A stretch of DNA of 64,000 nt from Candidatus Omnitrophota bacterium (GTDB lineage: Bacteria > Omnitrophota > Gorgyraeia > Zapsychrales > Zapsychraceae): assembly GCA_029261055.1 (NCBI GenBank), contig JAJDCA010000044.1, positions 13,867-77,866 of the forward strand. The letters run 5' to 3'. The position numbers and the translations under genes were made by a program. The notes beneath the pieces are model-generated. The model saw only the letters and a list, made by a program, of their open reading frames with translations, was not told the DNA's origin and made no database searches. Shown here one piece after another: positions 50,918-61,125 of the stretch. The first letter of the stretch is position 1. Each line of letters opens with the position of its first letter.

Positions 50918-52147
50918 ATGAAACGTTTAATAGCTTTACTGCTTTTAACATTAATTTTTTGCATAAGTGAAGGGTATGCAGCGGAGTCTCTTAAAGAGGT
51001 TTTTACAGAAGGAACGCCTTATATTGATATTCGATTGCGCTATGAACATGTCGAACAAGATGGTTTGATAAATGCAAATTCAAAAACAGCGCGAACACGT
51101 TTAGGTTTTAAATCCGATAAGTTTTATAATTTTGTTGGTGTTATTGAAGGAGAAGGTGTTTTTTATTTAGGAAATGATGATTATAACGACACGGTTAATG
51201 GTCGTACTGATCATGCCACGGTCGCTGATCCTGAGAATGTACAAGTCAATCAAGCTTATGGAGAATATACAGGAATTCCTGATACAGCGATCAAAGCAGG
51301 TCGGCAGGTTATTACGCTGGATGGCCACCGTTTTATTGGCCATGTTGGATGGCGACAAAATAATCAGGTCTTTGATGCCGCGATGATCACGAACTCGTCT
51401 ATTCCAGACACAACAGCAAAATATGGTTATATCTATAATGTAAACCGTATTTTTGGTGAACAATCCACGGGAGGCGACTGGGGTTCCAAAAGTCATTTCT
51501 ACCATATTGCCAACACAAGTCTACCCTTTGCTAAAGTTGCCGCGCATGGATACATTCTTGATTTTGGGAGTGATTCCGCCGCAAATTCTAACAAAACATT
51601 TGCTGTTAATTTTTCAGGAAAAAAAGAATTAAATGATGATTTTACTTTTAAATATTATGGCGAATATGCCCATCAAACTGATAATGCAGATAACACAACT
51701 GATTATGATGCGAGTTATTACCATATAGCTCCAGCCATCGCCTGGAAAAGTCTAACAGCAACAGTAGGTTTTGAAGTCTTAGGCAGTGATGATGGTAAAT
51801 TTGCTTTTAGGACACCTTTAGCGACTCTGCATAAATGGAATGGTTGGTCAGATAAATTTTTAACAACACCGGCTAACGGGCTTCAAGATTTTTATGTTGA
51901 TTTAACCTATAAAGTAAAAGATTTAGATGGAAATTTAGAATTTCTTAATGGATTGTTAGCTAAGGTTCAATACCATGATTTTGATGCAGATAATGGAGGT
52001 TTGGATCATGGAAAAGAATTCGGCGTATTTCTTAAAAAACCCATTAATAAGAACCTTGTTGTCAGCACAAAATATTCAAATTATATGGCTGATAAGACAT
52101 CAACTGATACACAAAAAATAACTTTTGATATTGGTATTAAATTTTAA
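50918..52147 (+). CDS. Alginate-export-family outer-membrane porin
   Basis: Signal peptide, RLRYEHVEQ, GRQ-I-LD--RF-G-VGWRQN-Q-FD, TPLATLHK, C-terminal Phe. Confidence 0.8.
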   Translation: MKRLIALLLLTLIFCISEGYAAESLKEVFTEGTPYIDIRLRYEHVEQDGLINANSKTARTRLGFKSDKFYNFVGVIEGEGVFYLGNDDYNDTVNGRTDHATVADPENVQVNQAYGEYTGIPDTAIKAGRQVITLDGHRFIGHVGWRQNNQVFDAAMITNSSIPDTTAKYGYIYNVNRIFGEQSTGGDWGSKSHFYHIANTSLPFAKVAAHGYILDFGSDSAANSNKTFAVNFSGKKELNDDFTFKYYGEYAHQTDNADNTTDYDASYYHIAPAIAWKSLTATVGFEVLGSDDGKFAFRTPLATLHKWNGWSDKFLTTPANGLQDFYVDLTYKVKDLDGNLEFLNGLLAKVQYHDFDADNGGLDHGKEFGVFLKKPINKNLVVSTKYSNYMADKTSTDTQKITFDIGIKF

Positions 52148-52238
52148 TGGTGGAAACGCTCCATCTAAAGTATAGTATTCGCAATACAAATCAAAACTTT
52201 TTCAAACTTTAACTTGAGACGAGAGGGGTTCTCTCAAA

Positions 52239-52487
52239 ATGTCTAAATTTGTTGTGCGAATACTATATTACGCTATTTTAAAAGAAAAACGGGGATTATC
52301 GGAAGAAAGCATTAACACTCAAGCAGTTACTGCGTTAGATCTTTATCAAGAACTCAAAGATCGACATTCGTTTGATTTATCCTCCAAATCATTAAAAGTA
52401 GCGATCAATGATGAATTTACCTCTTGGGATACGCGTTTACAGGCAGAGGATACTGTCATTTTCATCCCGCCGGTAGCTGGAGGCTAG
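52239..52487 (+). CDS. moaD: Molybdopterin synthase sulfur carrier
   Basis: YYA-LKE--G, VAIND, IPPVAGG C-terminus. Confidence 0.9.
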   Translation: MSKFVVRILYYAILKEKRGLSEESINTQAVTALDLYQELKDRHSFDLSSKSLKVAINDEFTSWDTRLQAEDTVIFIPPVAGG

Positions 52488-52529
52488 CACTTCATGTTCA
52501 ATCTCAAAAGTTTACTTAGGAAACCCTGT

Positions 52530-53159
52530 ATGCGTAAATTTATTTTTATTTCTTTAATACTAGTTCTATCAACTTCTTTTGCACAGGCTCAAACCGAGCC
52601 AGGCTTATCTGTAGGGGCTGAAGCTCCTAATTTTGAAACAGTGAATTTTAAGGGCGATCCTATTCAACTGGATGATATTACCCAGAAAGGGCCGGTTGTT
52701 TTACTTTTTTATCGAGGGAGTTGGTGCCGATTTTGTAATCTTCAACTTCAAGCCTTTCAATCCCGTTTAACGGATTTTGAAAAACGAGGTGTTTCAATTA
52801 TTGCGATCAGCGTTGATAAACCCGAAAAATCAGCAGAAATGGTGCAAACTAAAGAATTTGGTTTTGAAGTTATAAGTAATCCTGAAGCAGATTTATTAGA
52901 ACAATATGCTGTCATGTTTCATGTTCCTGAAAAAACCGCCAAGATGTACAAAGAAAAATACCATATTGACCTCGTGGCTGCATCGGGACGCACGGATTAT
53001 TTGATTGCCGTTCCAGCTGTTTATGTCGTTGATCAAACGGGGACCATTGTTTTTGCCTATGCTAATGAAGACTACAAAGTCCGTAAGAGTCCTGATGAAA
53101 TTCTTGAAGTGCTAGATAATTTAAGTCTGGCTAACGCTTGGCAAAAGTTGCATGAATAA
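52530..53159 (+). CDS. Exported peroxiredoxin-like (AhpC/TSA) thioredoxin-fold protein
   Basis: Signal peptide, FYRGSWCRFC, AISVD; likely start 52530. Confidence 0.8.
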   Translation: MRKFIFISLILVLSTSFAQAQTEPGLSVGAEAPNFETVNFKGDPIQLDDITQKGPVVLLFYRGSWCRFCNLQLQAFQSRLTDFEKRGVSIIAISVDKPEKSAEMVQTKEFGFEVISNPEADLLEQYAVMFHVPEKTAKMYKEKYHIDLVAASGRTDYLIAVPAVYVVDQTGTIVFAYANEDYKVRKSPDEILEVLDNLSLANAWQKLHE

Positions 53160-55113
53160 AGAATTTGAGATCCTTTCCAATCTAAATCCCCAACAGTCCG
53201 AAGCTGTGCGTTATGCCGGTGGACCTTTGCTTGTTTTGGCTGGAGCCGGTTCCGGCAAAACACGGATTATTACTTCGCGTATTGTCCACATGATCAATCA
53301 AGGTGTTTCTCCGTCAGCCATTTTAGCCGTGACTTTTACGAATAAAGCGGCTAGTGAAATGAAATCACGTGTTTTTGAACATGTTCAATCCCCCGTGTCC
53401 ATCGGTACATTCCATTCGATTTGTCTAAGAATTTTGCGCAGAAATGCGGAGAGTATTTCACGAAAATCAGATTTTACGATTTACGACGACCAAGATCAAC
53501 TTGCTGTAATCAAAACATGCATGAAAGAATTAAACATAAATCCAAAGGAGGTTCATCCAAAACACATTCGTGAAGGCATCAGCCGCTGCAAAGATCAACT
53601 ACAATTTGCTGGGGATCTGGAAGACAAATACGTGGAATATGCAGATCAAATGCTGAATACAATTTATAAATTGTATGAAGAAAAACTCCAAAAATTTAAT
53701 GGATTAGATTTCGGTGACCTCATAGCTAAAACCGTCCGTTTATTTTCTCGCCGGTCAGATATTTTGGAATACTATCAAAAACGATTTCGGTATATTCTCA
53801 TTGATGAGTATCAAGATACAAATTATGCGCAGTATATGTGGATAAAACTATTGGCACAAAAGTACAATGATATCACGGTTGTAGGCGATCCTGATCAATC
53901 CATTTATGAATGGAGGGGAGCTGATGTCGAAAATATTATGAAATTTGAGTCAGAATTTAAAGGGACAAAAACAATCCGTCTCGAACAAAATTACCGTTCT
54001 ACGAATACTATCCTGAAGGCGGCGAATGCCGTTATTTCCAATAATTTCCACCGACAACCCAAAGAACTTTGGTCCGATAAAGGTGATGGCCATTTGGTTG
54101 AAGTGTGTGATCATGAAGATGAACGGGAAGAGGCTCAGTATTTTGTGCAACAAACTTTAAAATTAAGAAAACAAGGCCATGCCCTAAACGATATGGCATG
54201 TTTTTACCGGACGCATGCACAATCGCGCGTATTTGAAGAAGAGCTTATGCGACAGAATATTCCCTACAAAATCGTCGGCGGCGTCAAATTTTATGCCCGT
54301 CGTGAAATTAAAGACTTAATGGCTTACTTGCGCGTTGTTCATAACCCTGATGATGAGGTGAGTGTTTTAAGGATTATTAATATCCCAAAACGCGGCATTG
54401 GTAAAACTTCCCTGGAGAAGATTAGTAAAGTTAGTCGCGATCAAAACATATCCTTTTTTACAGCTATGACGTATTACATGGAAACAGCTAAAGTTTCAAC
54501 AAAATTAAGAAATGGACTGACGCAGTTTGTGCAAATGATTCAAAAATTCCGGCAAGCCACGTATAATATTAACTTAAGCCAGCTATTAACCATGATTATG
54601 GACGAAACAGGATACGTCACTGAACTAAAAAGTGAAAACACTGTAGAAGCCAAAGTCCGCATGGATAATATTCGTGAGTTTCGCGGCGCCATTGTAGAGT
54701 TTCAAGAGTCATTGGATGAAGGCATTACCGGACCCGAAGCCCTGCGCACCTATTTAGAATTGATCAGCCTGCAAACAAGTATTGATAATTGGGATACCAC
54801 CGAACAAGTCTTAACCTTGATGACCTTACACAGTGCCAAAGGATTAGAATTTCCGATCGTTTTCATGCCGGGTATGGAAGAAGGCCTCTTACCGCATATG
54901 AATGCCCTGCAAGCCTCATCCAAAGAAATAGAAGAAGAGCGTCGCTTATGTTATGTCGGTTTCACCCGAGCTCAGGAAAAATTATTCCTCAGCTACGCCA
55001 ATTACCGCACCTTATTTGGCTACGAACGCACCCAAACCCCCTCAAGATTCCTCAACGAAATCCCCGAACATCTCCTCACCTGTGCCATGAATGATTGTGG
55101 TATTGGGCTGTAA
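53152..55113 (+). CDS. pcrA: UvrD/PcrA ATP-dependent DNA helicase
   Basis: LAGAGSGKT, TFTNKAA, DEYQD, GDPDQSIY, TLHSAKGLEF, EERRL-YV--TRA. Confidence 0.92.
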   Translation: MNKEFEILSNLNPQQSEAVRYAGGPLLVLAGAGSGKTRIITSRIVHMINQGVSPSAILAVTFTNKAASEMKSRVFEHVQSPVSIGTFHSICLRILRRNAESISRKSDFTIYDDQDQLAVIKTCMKELNINPKEVHPKHIREGISRCKDQLQFAGDLEDKYVEYADQMLNTIYKLYEEKLQKFNGLDFGDLIAKTVRLFSRRSDILEYYQKRFRYILIDEYQDTNYAQYMWIKLLAQKYNDITVVGDPDQSIYEWRGADVENIMKFESEFKGTKTIRLEQNYRSTNTILKAANAVISNNFHRQPKELWSDKGDGHLVEVCDHEDEREEAQYFVQQTLKLRKQGHALNDMACFYRTHAQSRVFEEELMRQNIPYKIVGGVKFYARREIKDLMAYLRVVHNPDDEVSVLRIINIPKRGIGKTSLEKISKVSRDQNISFFTAMTYYMETAKVSTKLRNGLTQFVQMIQKFRQATYNINLSQLLTMIMDETGYVTELKSENTVEAKVRMDNIREFRGAIVEFQESLDEGITGPEALRTYLELISLQTSIDNWDTTEQVLTLMTLHSAKGLEFPIVFMPGMEEGLLPHMNALQASSKEIEEERRLCYVGFTRAQEKLFLSYANYRTLFGYERTQTPSRFLNEIPEHLLTCAMNDCGIGL

Positions 55114-55204
55114 TAGTGCCCATACGGGTGAAGATTTAAGTTTGAATACGTATCACAATAAATATTGTTGAATGGATGAATTAATACCTATTTGAAACTC
55201 TATT

Positions 55205-56155
55205 TTATGAACTTTTTTTCAATCGATGCAGCGTAATTTCTGGGCGGCAGTTGAAGCGGACGCAGAGGCCGGATGTGCCGGCGCCGCGGGAGGTGTAGCC
55301 TTGCAGGGTTTTGTATTGCCATGGGCCGGCGATAAAAGAACTGAACGGTTTGTGCGGAGTATTTTTAATCATGGCGATGCCGCCGGGAAGGCAGACTTGT
55401 CCGCCGTGGGTATGTCCACACAAATATAGAGAAATACCGGCCGCCTCAGCGGATTTGATTAATTCCTGCGAATGCGCCAGAAGGATTTTAATGTCGCAGG
55501 TGTTGATGTCATTCATGGCTTTTAATAAATCTGCCGATTCATAAAAATGCTCGTCATCAACCCCGGCTAATCCAATCGTTGATTCATCTCGCTGAAGGGG
55601 GATAGCTTCATTCACCAGCATCTTCATGCCCGTCGATTCCAATTCCGGCACCATTTCAATAAAATCATGATTACCCAAAATACCGTATACAGGGGCTTTA
55701 AGTTTCAACGTATTCACCAGACGCTTAGTGTAAGCAAAAGATTCATGCGTTTGCCCGTACGTTAAAAAACGAAAGTCCCCCGTAATGACACAGACATCGT
55801 AATTTAATTGACTTACCTTATTGACTAATGCTCGGCCGCAATCAAACATACCATCGATATGCAAATCTGAGAGATGAAGAATAGTAAACCCGTCAAAGGC
55901 GGGAGGCAAGTGCGAGATCGCGACATCGTTTTCCACAATCTCAAAATTAATCGAATTTATAAAACCTCTTCGGAGAAATCGCGTTGTCTTAAGCAAAAAC
56001 TGAAGGAGCGGCACGAGAAAATGCATGTTTTCCCAGTACACATGGAACCCACCACGAAACTGAAAGGCCTGATGCTGTTGCTGTCGTTTTATACGCTTTT
56101 CTAAATGCGCAGCATCAAATCGTTCTTTTAATTGTTTTAAAATGTATTCATCCAT
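55205..56155 (-). CDS. Metallophosphoesterase (YkuE/YaeI-like)
   Basis: SDLH, TGD, GNHD, GHTHGGQ, RFNCRPE; likely start 56155 after TTGGAT-17 bp-TATACT. Confidence 0.85.
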   Translation of the reverse strand: MDEYILKQLKERFDAAHLEKRIKRQQQHQAFQFRGGFHVYWENMHFLVPLLQFLLKTTRFLRRGFINSINFEIVENDVAISHLPPAFDGFTILHLSDLHIDGMFDCGRALVNKVSQLNYDVCVITGDFRFLTYGQTHESFAYTKRLVNTLKLKAPVYGILGNHDFIEMVPELESTGMKMLVNEAIPLQRDESTIGLAGVDDEHFYESADLLKAMNDINTCDIKILLAHSQELIKSAEAAGISLYLCGHTHGGQVCLPGGIAMIKNTPHKPFSSFIAGPWQYKTLQGYTSRGAGTSGLCVRFNCRPEITLHRLKKSS

Positions 56156-56368
56156 AACCACTACAAGTATACCCTTCTTAAAAATAAAATCCAAATTTTT
56201 TATGAATGTTTACAAAACAATTACATAACTATTTGTTATCAAACGAATAAGTAAAAAATATGTAACTATTTATTTACATAATACTTATGCCATAGTACGA
56301 TTAATTTACTTTTTTAAGCCTTCTTTATAAATATAAACTTCGTTAAATATTAGATAGACAACGTTTTA

Positions 56369-56938
56369 ATGAACTCATCAAAAAAATATTACTGGCCAAT
56401 TATCATCGTTTTTGTATTACTGGCATTGAGTTTTGTTCTTGATATGTGGGGAAAACCTATCAAAATTAAACAAAATCCAACCGTTGATTCAAAATTTTTA
56501 TCCCACGATACTGTACGTGATCCGTTAGTCCATGGCGCAAAAATTGAGCAAGCAGGATTTAAATACAATTGTAATGAGTGTCATGCTTATCTACAACCTC
56601 CCGAGACCCCTAAAAAATTAATCGGTGCGCATCAGCACATTGTTCTTAAACATGGTATCAATGATAATTGCTTCAAGTGTCATCATCGTACAAAACGGGA
56701 ATCATTAGTCGACATTTATGGCACAGAAGTGCCGTTTAAACAAAGTGCTCAATTGTGTCAAAAATGCCATGGACCAAAATACCGAGATTGGAAGGCTGGT
56801 GTCCATGGACGGCCAAGTGGCTATTGGGATAAGACTAAAGGGGAGACAATAAAACCGACCTGTGCCGCCTGTCACAATCCTCATGCACCAAAATTTCAAC
56901 CAATTGAGCCGGCACCAGCACCGGCAGGAAATCATTAA
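56369..56938 (+). CDS. Membrane-anchored tetraheme cytochrome c
   Basis: N-terminal TM; CNECH, CFKCH, CQKCH, CAACH. Confidence 0.85.
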   Translation: MNSSKKYYWPIIIVFVLLALSFVLDMWGKPIKIKQNPTVDSKFLSHDTVRDPLVHGAKIEQAGFKYNCNECHAYLQPPETPKKLIGAHQHIVLKHGINDNCFKCHHRTKRESLVDIYGTEVPFKQSAQLCQKCHGPKYRDWKAGVHGRPSGYWDKTKGETIKPTCAACHNPHAPKFQPIEPAPAPAGNH

Positions 56939-56942
56939 GAAT

Positions 56943-57893
56943 ATGAGCGAAGAAAATAAAGAAAACAATGACAATCCTTTAAATACTGGACCGATAAGCC
57001 GTAGAGATTTCCTTAAGCGCGGGGCTGTTTTAACCTCCGGTATTACAGCTATGGTGGCCGCCCTTTCGCCATTGAAACAGCTTGAAGATACATTTGATAT
57101 GGAGGAGTTTGTTCAGAAACATTACAAAGAATTAACCCCAAAAGAAATGGAAGGGGTTTTAAAACGCATTGCTAAAAAAGTCGAAAAGAAATATGGAACA
57201 ACCCCAAACGTCCAAGATATCAAACCACAAGAAGGGGTGGAATTTTCCTATGCCTTAAATCTTTCCCGTTGTATTGGATGCCGTCGTTGCGTGCATGCCT
57301 GTGTTGATGAAAACAATCAATCACGCAGTCCTGAAGTCCAGTACATCCGTGTCTTAAAAATGCCACAGGGAACCATGGATATGGAAAAGGGTGACCATCA
57401 TTACAATGTAAAGAAAGTACCCGAAGAAGGACATTTTTATATGCCGGTTCAATGTCATCAATGCGAAAAACCACCCTGTGTTAAAGTTTGTCCCGTTGAA
57501 GCGACTTGGCAAGAACCAGATGGCATCACGGTTATCGATTACGACTGGTGTATCGGTTGCCGGTATTGTGAAGCAGCCTGTCCTTATTGGGCCAGACGAT
57601 TTAATTTTTCCGAGCCTTCCATTCCTAAAGAAAAGATAAATCCAAACATGAATTATTTATCTAATCGTCCCCGATCTAAAGGGGTTATGGAAAAATGTCA
57701 TTTTTGTTTACAACGGACACGCGAAGGAAAACTTCCCGCGTGTTTAGAAGTTTGCCCAACAGGGTCGCGAACATTCGGTAATATTTTGGATCCTGAAAGT
57801 GAAATTTCCTATATATTGAAAAACAAACGTGTGTTTGTTTTAAAAGAAGAGGCAGGGACTCTGCCGAGATTTTTTTATTACTTTGATAAATAA
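56943..57893 (+). CDS. NrfC/DsrO-like 4Fe-4S subunit
   Basis: SRRDFLK; CIGCRRC, CHQC, CIGCRYC, CHFC; likely start 56943. Confidence 0.85.
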   Translation: MSEENKENNDNPLNTGPISRRDFLKRGAVLTSGITAMVAALSPLKQLEDTFDMEEFVQKHYKELTPKEMEGVLKRIAKKVEKKYGTTPNVQDIKPQEGVEFSYALNLSRCIGCRRCVHACVDENNQSRSPEVQYIRVLKMPQGTMDMEKGDHHYNVKKVPEEGHFYMPVQCHQCEKPPCVKVCPVEATWQEPDGITVIDYDWCIGCRYCEAACPYWARRFNFSEPSIPKEKINPNMNYLSNRPRSKGVMEKCHFCLQRTREGKLPACLEVCPTGSRTFGNILDPESEISYILKNKRVFVLKEEAGTLPRFFYYFDK

Positions 57894-59125
57894 TGGCTAA
57901 AGCACTCCTAAATTATATCTCTTTTCTTTGCCGATGCGTTGCCATCAGCTTTAAAGGTTCAACTAGGTTTTATGCCTGGATGACATTCTTAACGGTTTTA
58001 ACGCTTATTGGATTGAATGCCTACTGTAAACAACTTGTGCATGGTTTGCATATGACGGGGATGACGGATCAAGTTTCTTGGGGCGCTTACATTGCCAATT
58101 TTACATATTTAGTCGGTATGGCTGCTGCAGCCGTCATGCTTGTGATTCCGGTATATTTATACAAAAATAAAGAGTTAGAAGACGTTGTCATTATTGGTGA
58201 ACTTTTTGCCATTGCCGCCATTATTATGGCTCTTTTATTTGTAGTGGTGGATTTAGGTCGTCCAGACCGATTTTGGCATTTAATTCCGTTTATTGGAAAA
58301 TTTAACTGGCCAATTTCCATGCTGAGTTGGGATGTTGTTGTTCTTAATATTTATCTTCTTTTAAATATGCATGTATGCGGTTATTTGCTTTACATGCGCT
58401 ACTTAAGACGTAAGCCGACCAAAGCATTCTATTTACCCTTTGTGTTTATTTCCATTATTTGGGCTGTTAGCATTCATACGGTGACCGCATTTTTATTTGC
58501 CGGATTAGGAGGGCGTCCATTTTGGAATACGGCTATTTTGGGACCACGCTTTATTGCGTCAGCCTTTGTTTCCGGTCCGGCTTTTATTGTCTTGTCGTTA
58601 CAGTTTATTCGACGTTTTAGCGATTACAAAATTGCAGACCAAGCTTTATTTACATTGCGTAAATTAATGCAAGTGGCTATGCTCATCAGCTTTTTTCTAT
58701 TCTTAAATGAATTTTTTGTTGAACTTTACACCGATTCTTTGCATGTAGCGTCCATGCAATATTTATTTTTTGGTTTGCATGGCCACAATGCATTAGTGCC
58801 CTGGATTTGGACAGCGATTGCATTTAATTTTACGGCTTTAATTTTATTTGTTTTACCAGCTTCGCGGAGTATTAAATGGCTTAACTTAGCTTGTATTTTA
58901 TCGGTAGTCGGCATATGGATTGAAAAAGGGATGGGGCTTATTATCCCGGGATTTATTCCAACACCTTTGGGAGAAATTGTGGAATACACGCCTTCATGGA
59001 ATGAAATATTGATTTGTGTCGGTATTTGGGCTTTTGGATTTTTGATTTATACAATTTTATTAAAAACATCGATTCCTGTATTACTAGGTAAGTTGCATAT
59101 TAAACATAAAGAGGCAAAGAAGTAA
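57893..59125 (+). CDS. NrfD/DsrP-family membrane quinol oxidoreductase subunit
   Basis: TGMTDQVSWG-YIANF, DLGRPDR, SIHTVTAF, IEKG. Confidence 0.88.
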   Translation: MAKALLNYISFLCRCVAISFKGSTRFYAWMTFLTVLTLIGLNAYCKQLVHGLHMTGMTDQVSWGAYIANFTYLVGMAAAAVMLVIPVYLYKNKELEDVVIIGELFAIAAIIMALLFVVVDLGRPDRFWHLIPFIGKFNWPISMLSWDVVVLNIYLLLNMHVCGYLLYMRYLRRKPTKAFYLPFVFISIIWAVSIHTVTAFLFAGLGGRPFWNTAILGPRFIASAFVSGPAFIVLSLQFIRRFSDYKIADQALFTLRKLMQVAMLISFFLFLNEFFVELYTDSLHVASMQYLFFGLHGHNALVPWIWTAIAFNFTALILFVLPASRSIKWLNLACILSVVGIWIEKGMGLIIPGFIPTPLGEIVEYTPSWNEILICVGIWAFGFLIYTILLKTSIPVLLGKLHIKHKEAKK

Positions 59126-59216
59126 GAGGCAAGAGGCAGAGAAAAAAACTATAAAATAAAAAAATTCTTTAATTTTTTTATCTTTGCTTCTTATCTCTTT
59201 GATTTTTACTTCTCTT
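59109..59216. repeat. Heptamer-repeat hairpin element, copy 1
   Basis: aagaggc/aagaagt purine arm, AT spacer, tctttgcttctt pyrimidine arm. Confidence 0.65.
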
Positions 59217-59232
59217 AAAAAAGGAGGATGGC

Positions 59233-60678
59233 ATGAAGCAAAAAATTTTAACATTTATTATCGGAACGGTTTTTGTTCTATGCGTTTCACAAGCCCAAGC
59301 CGGCATGTTCGGGCCAAGTGAAAAAACTGCTCAGACAAAAAAATGTCTGGACTGTCACAAAACAGAAACCCCGGTTATTACCCAACAATGGGGTGCCAGC
59401 AAACATTATCGAGGTAATGTTGGATGTTTTGAATGTCACAACGCAGAAAAAAATGACAAGGATGCATTCAAGCATTATGGAGAGTATATTTCAACAATTG
59501 TTTCTCCTAAAGATTGTGCCCGTTGTCATCAAAAGGAAGTTTCTGAGTTTGAAGATTCTCACCATTCTAAGGGCGCACGAATTCTTGGTTCCTTAGACAA
59601 TCGTTTGGCCGAGGTGGTCGAAGGAAATAATCAGTTTGTGACCCCTGGTTTTCCTGAAGGGAATTCATCGGCTGCAGTTAATGGCTGTTGGCAGTGTCAT
59701 GGGTCAGAAGTAAAAGTACTTTCTGGAGGAAAACTAGATCCTGCAACATGGCCAAACTCCGGTATTGGACGGATTAACCCGGATGGTTCTGAAGGTTCTT
59801 GCTCAGCCTGCCATTCTCGTCATCGATTTTCTGTTGAACAAGCCCGTAATCCAGAAAATTGTGGTAAATGCCATATGGGACCGGATCATCCACAAATTGA
59901 AATTTATGAAGAGTCAAAGCACGGCATTGCATTTCATGCCAATAAAGACAAAATGAATATGGCCAATGAAAAATGGGTTCTAGGAGAAGATTACAATGCT
60001 GCTCCGACGTGTGCCACATGCCATATGAGTGCAACGCCTGATCAAGACGTCACACACGATGTAGGGTTACGTATCAGCTGGAATAACCGCCCAATTACAT
60101 CAATCCGTCCTGAAGTATCTGATGCTAAAATGGGATTGCCTGGAAAAGATATTTTATGGGAAGAACGCCGGGCTAATATGAAAAATGTATGTTTAAATTG
60201 TCACAATCAATCTTATGTAGATAATTTTTACACTCAATATGACAGCTTAATTGAACTCTACAATGAAAAATTTGCTAAACCTGGGAAAGCGTTAATGGCT
60301 TTAGCTAAACCTTTGCTTAAACCAGTTGTGTTTGGAAACAAACTTGATTTTATCTGGTTTGAAATTTGGCACCATGAAGGCCGTCGAGCTCGTCACGGGG
60401 CTTCAATGATGGGCCCAGATTATACACATTGGCATGGAACTTATGAAGTTGCCAAAAACTTCTACACTGAATTAATTCCAGAACTAGAAGAGCTTGCCGA
60501 AAAATACCTTCATTCTAACATTGAAGAAAAAAAGGCTCAGGCTAAAAAATTACAATCAAAAATTAATGAAGTTCTAAACTCTGATGATCATAAATGGTAT
60601 ATTAATAAAATGGATCCTGCAGAGATGCAAAAACGGAAAGCTGCACAGAAAGAGTTTAAGGAAAGATATTCAAAATAA
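59233..60678 (+). CDS. Octaheme HAO-family cytochrome c, reductive (epsilonHao-like) type
   Basis: Signal peptide; 8 CxxCH motifs; CHMGPDHPQ-EIY-ESKHG; HHEGRRARHGASMMGPDYTHWHG. Confidence 0.88.
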   Translation: MKQKILTFIIGTVFVLCVSQAQAGMFGPSEKTAQTKKCLDCHKTETPVITQQWGASKHYRGNVGCFECHNAEKNDKDAFKHYGEYISTIVSPKDCARCHQKEVSEFEDSHHSKGARILGSLDNRLAEVVEGNNQFVTPGFPEGNSSAAVNGCWQCHGSEVKVLSGGKLDPATWPNSGIGRINPDGSEGSCSACHSRHRFSVEQARNPENCGKCHMGPDHPQIEIYEESKHGIAFHANKDKMNMANEKWVLGEDYNAAPTCATCHMSATPDQDVTHDVGLRISWNNRPITSIRPEVSDAKMGLPGKDILWEERRANMKNVCLNCHNQSYVDNFYTQYDSLIELYNEKFAKPGKALMALAKPLLKPVVFGNKLDFIWFEIWHHEGRRARHGASMMGPDYTHWHGTYEVAKNFYTELIPELEELAEKYLHSNIEEKKAQAKKLQSKINEVLNSDDHKWYINKMDPAEMQKRKAAQKEFKERYSK

Positions 60679-60844
60679 GAGAATCAGAGAGGTAAAGAGG
60701 TAAGAAGCAGAGATAAAAAACAGAGAATAACTTACTCTAAAAAAAGCAGTAAAATATAGAAACAAGCCTCAGAGAAATAATAAGGTCAATTAATTTAATT
60801 TTGTTTTTTCTCTGCACCTTTGTTTCTTACACCTCTGCTTCTTT
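60678..60844. repeat. Heptamer-repeat hairpin element, copy 2
   Basis: agaatca gagaggt aaagagg taagaag cagag ... ctctgcacctttg...cctctgcttcttt. Confidence 0.65.
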
Positions 60845-60852
60845 AAAAAACA

Positions 60853-61125
60853 ATGCCAATATCCAGTCTAATCATAAAAACACAAAAACAAGAAATCCAA
60901 AAGGTGGCCGATGAATTGCGCCGACTTAAAGGAACGATTGTTTCTGATGTACTAGATGAAAATATTGTGGTGGTAACCGAAACTGAAGATCGTAAAGAAG
61001 ATAAATCGCTTTGGGACCAAATGGAAAAAATCTCTGGCGTTATGCAAGTCGATTTGATTTACCATAACTTTGAAGATGCTGAAGAGAATCAAGAGGCAAA
61101 GATACAAGAAGCAGAGATAAAATAA
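60853..61125 (+). CDS. napD: NapD chaperone
   Basis: MPISSLII...IVVVTE...GV---LIYH, directly upstream of napA. Confidence 0.8.
   Translation: MPISSLIIKTQKQEIQKVADELRRLKGTIVSDVLDENIVVVTETEDRKEDKSLWDQMEKISGVMQVDLIYHNFEDAEENQEAKIQEAEIK

Noticed and set aside
16884-52487. Missing hemH, moaC, moaE and tatC as a sign of an alternative pathway
   Set aside because: Absence from a 64-kb window says nothing about the rest of the genome
56943-59125. dsrO/dsrP implying sulfate reduction
   Set aside because: These are generic NrfC/NrfD families; no dsrAB or dsrMK nearby
59233-60678. HAO as evidence for nitrification or anammox
   Set aside because: Cross-link Tyr appears replaced by Trp; no amo, cycAB or hzs genes in the window; context is nap
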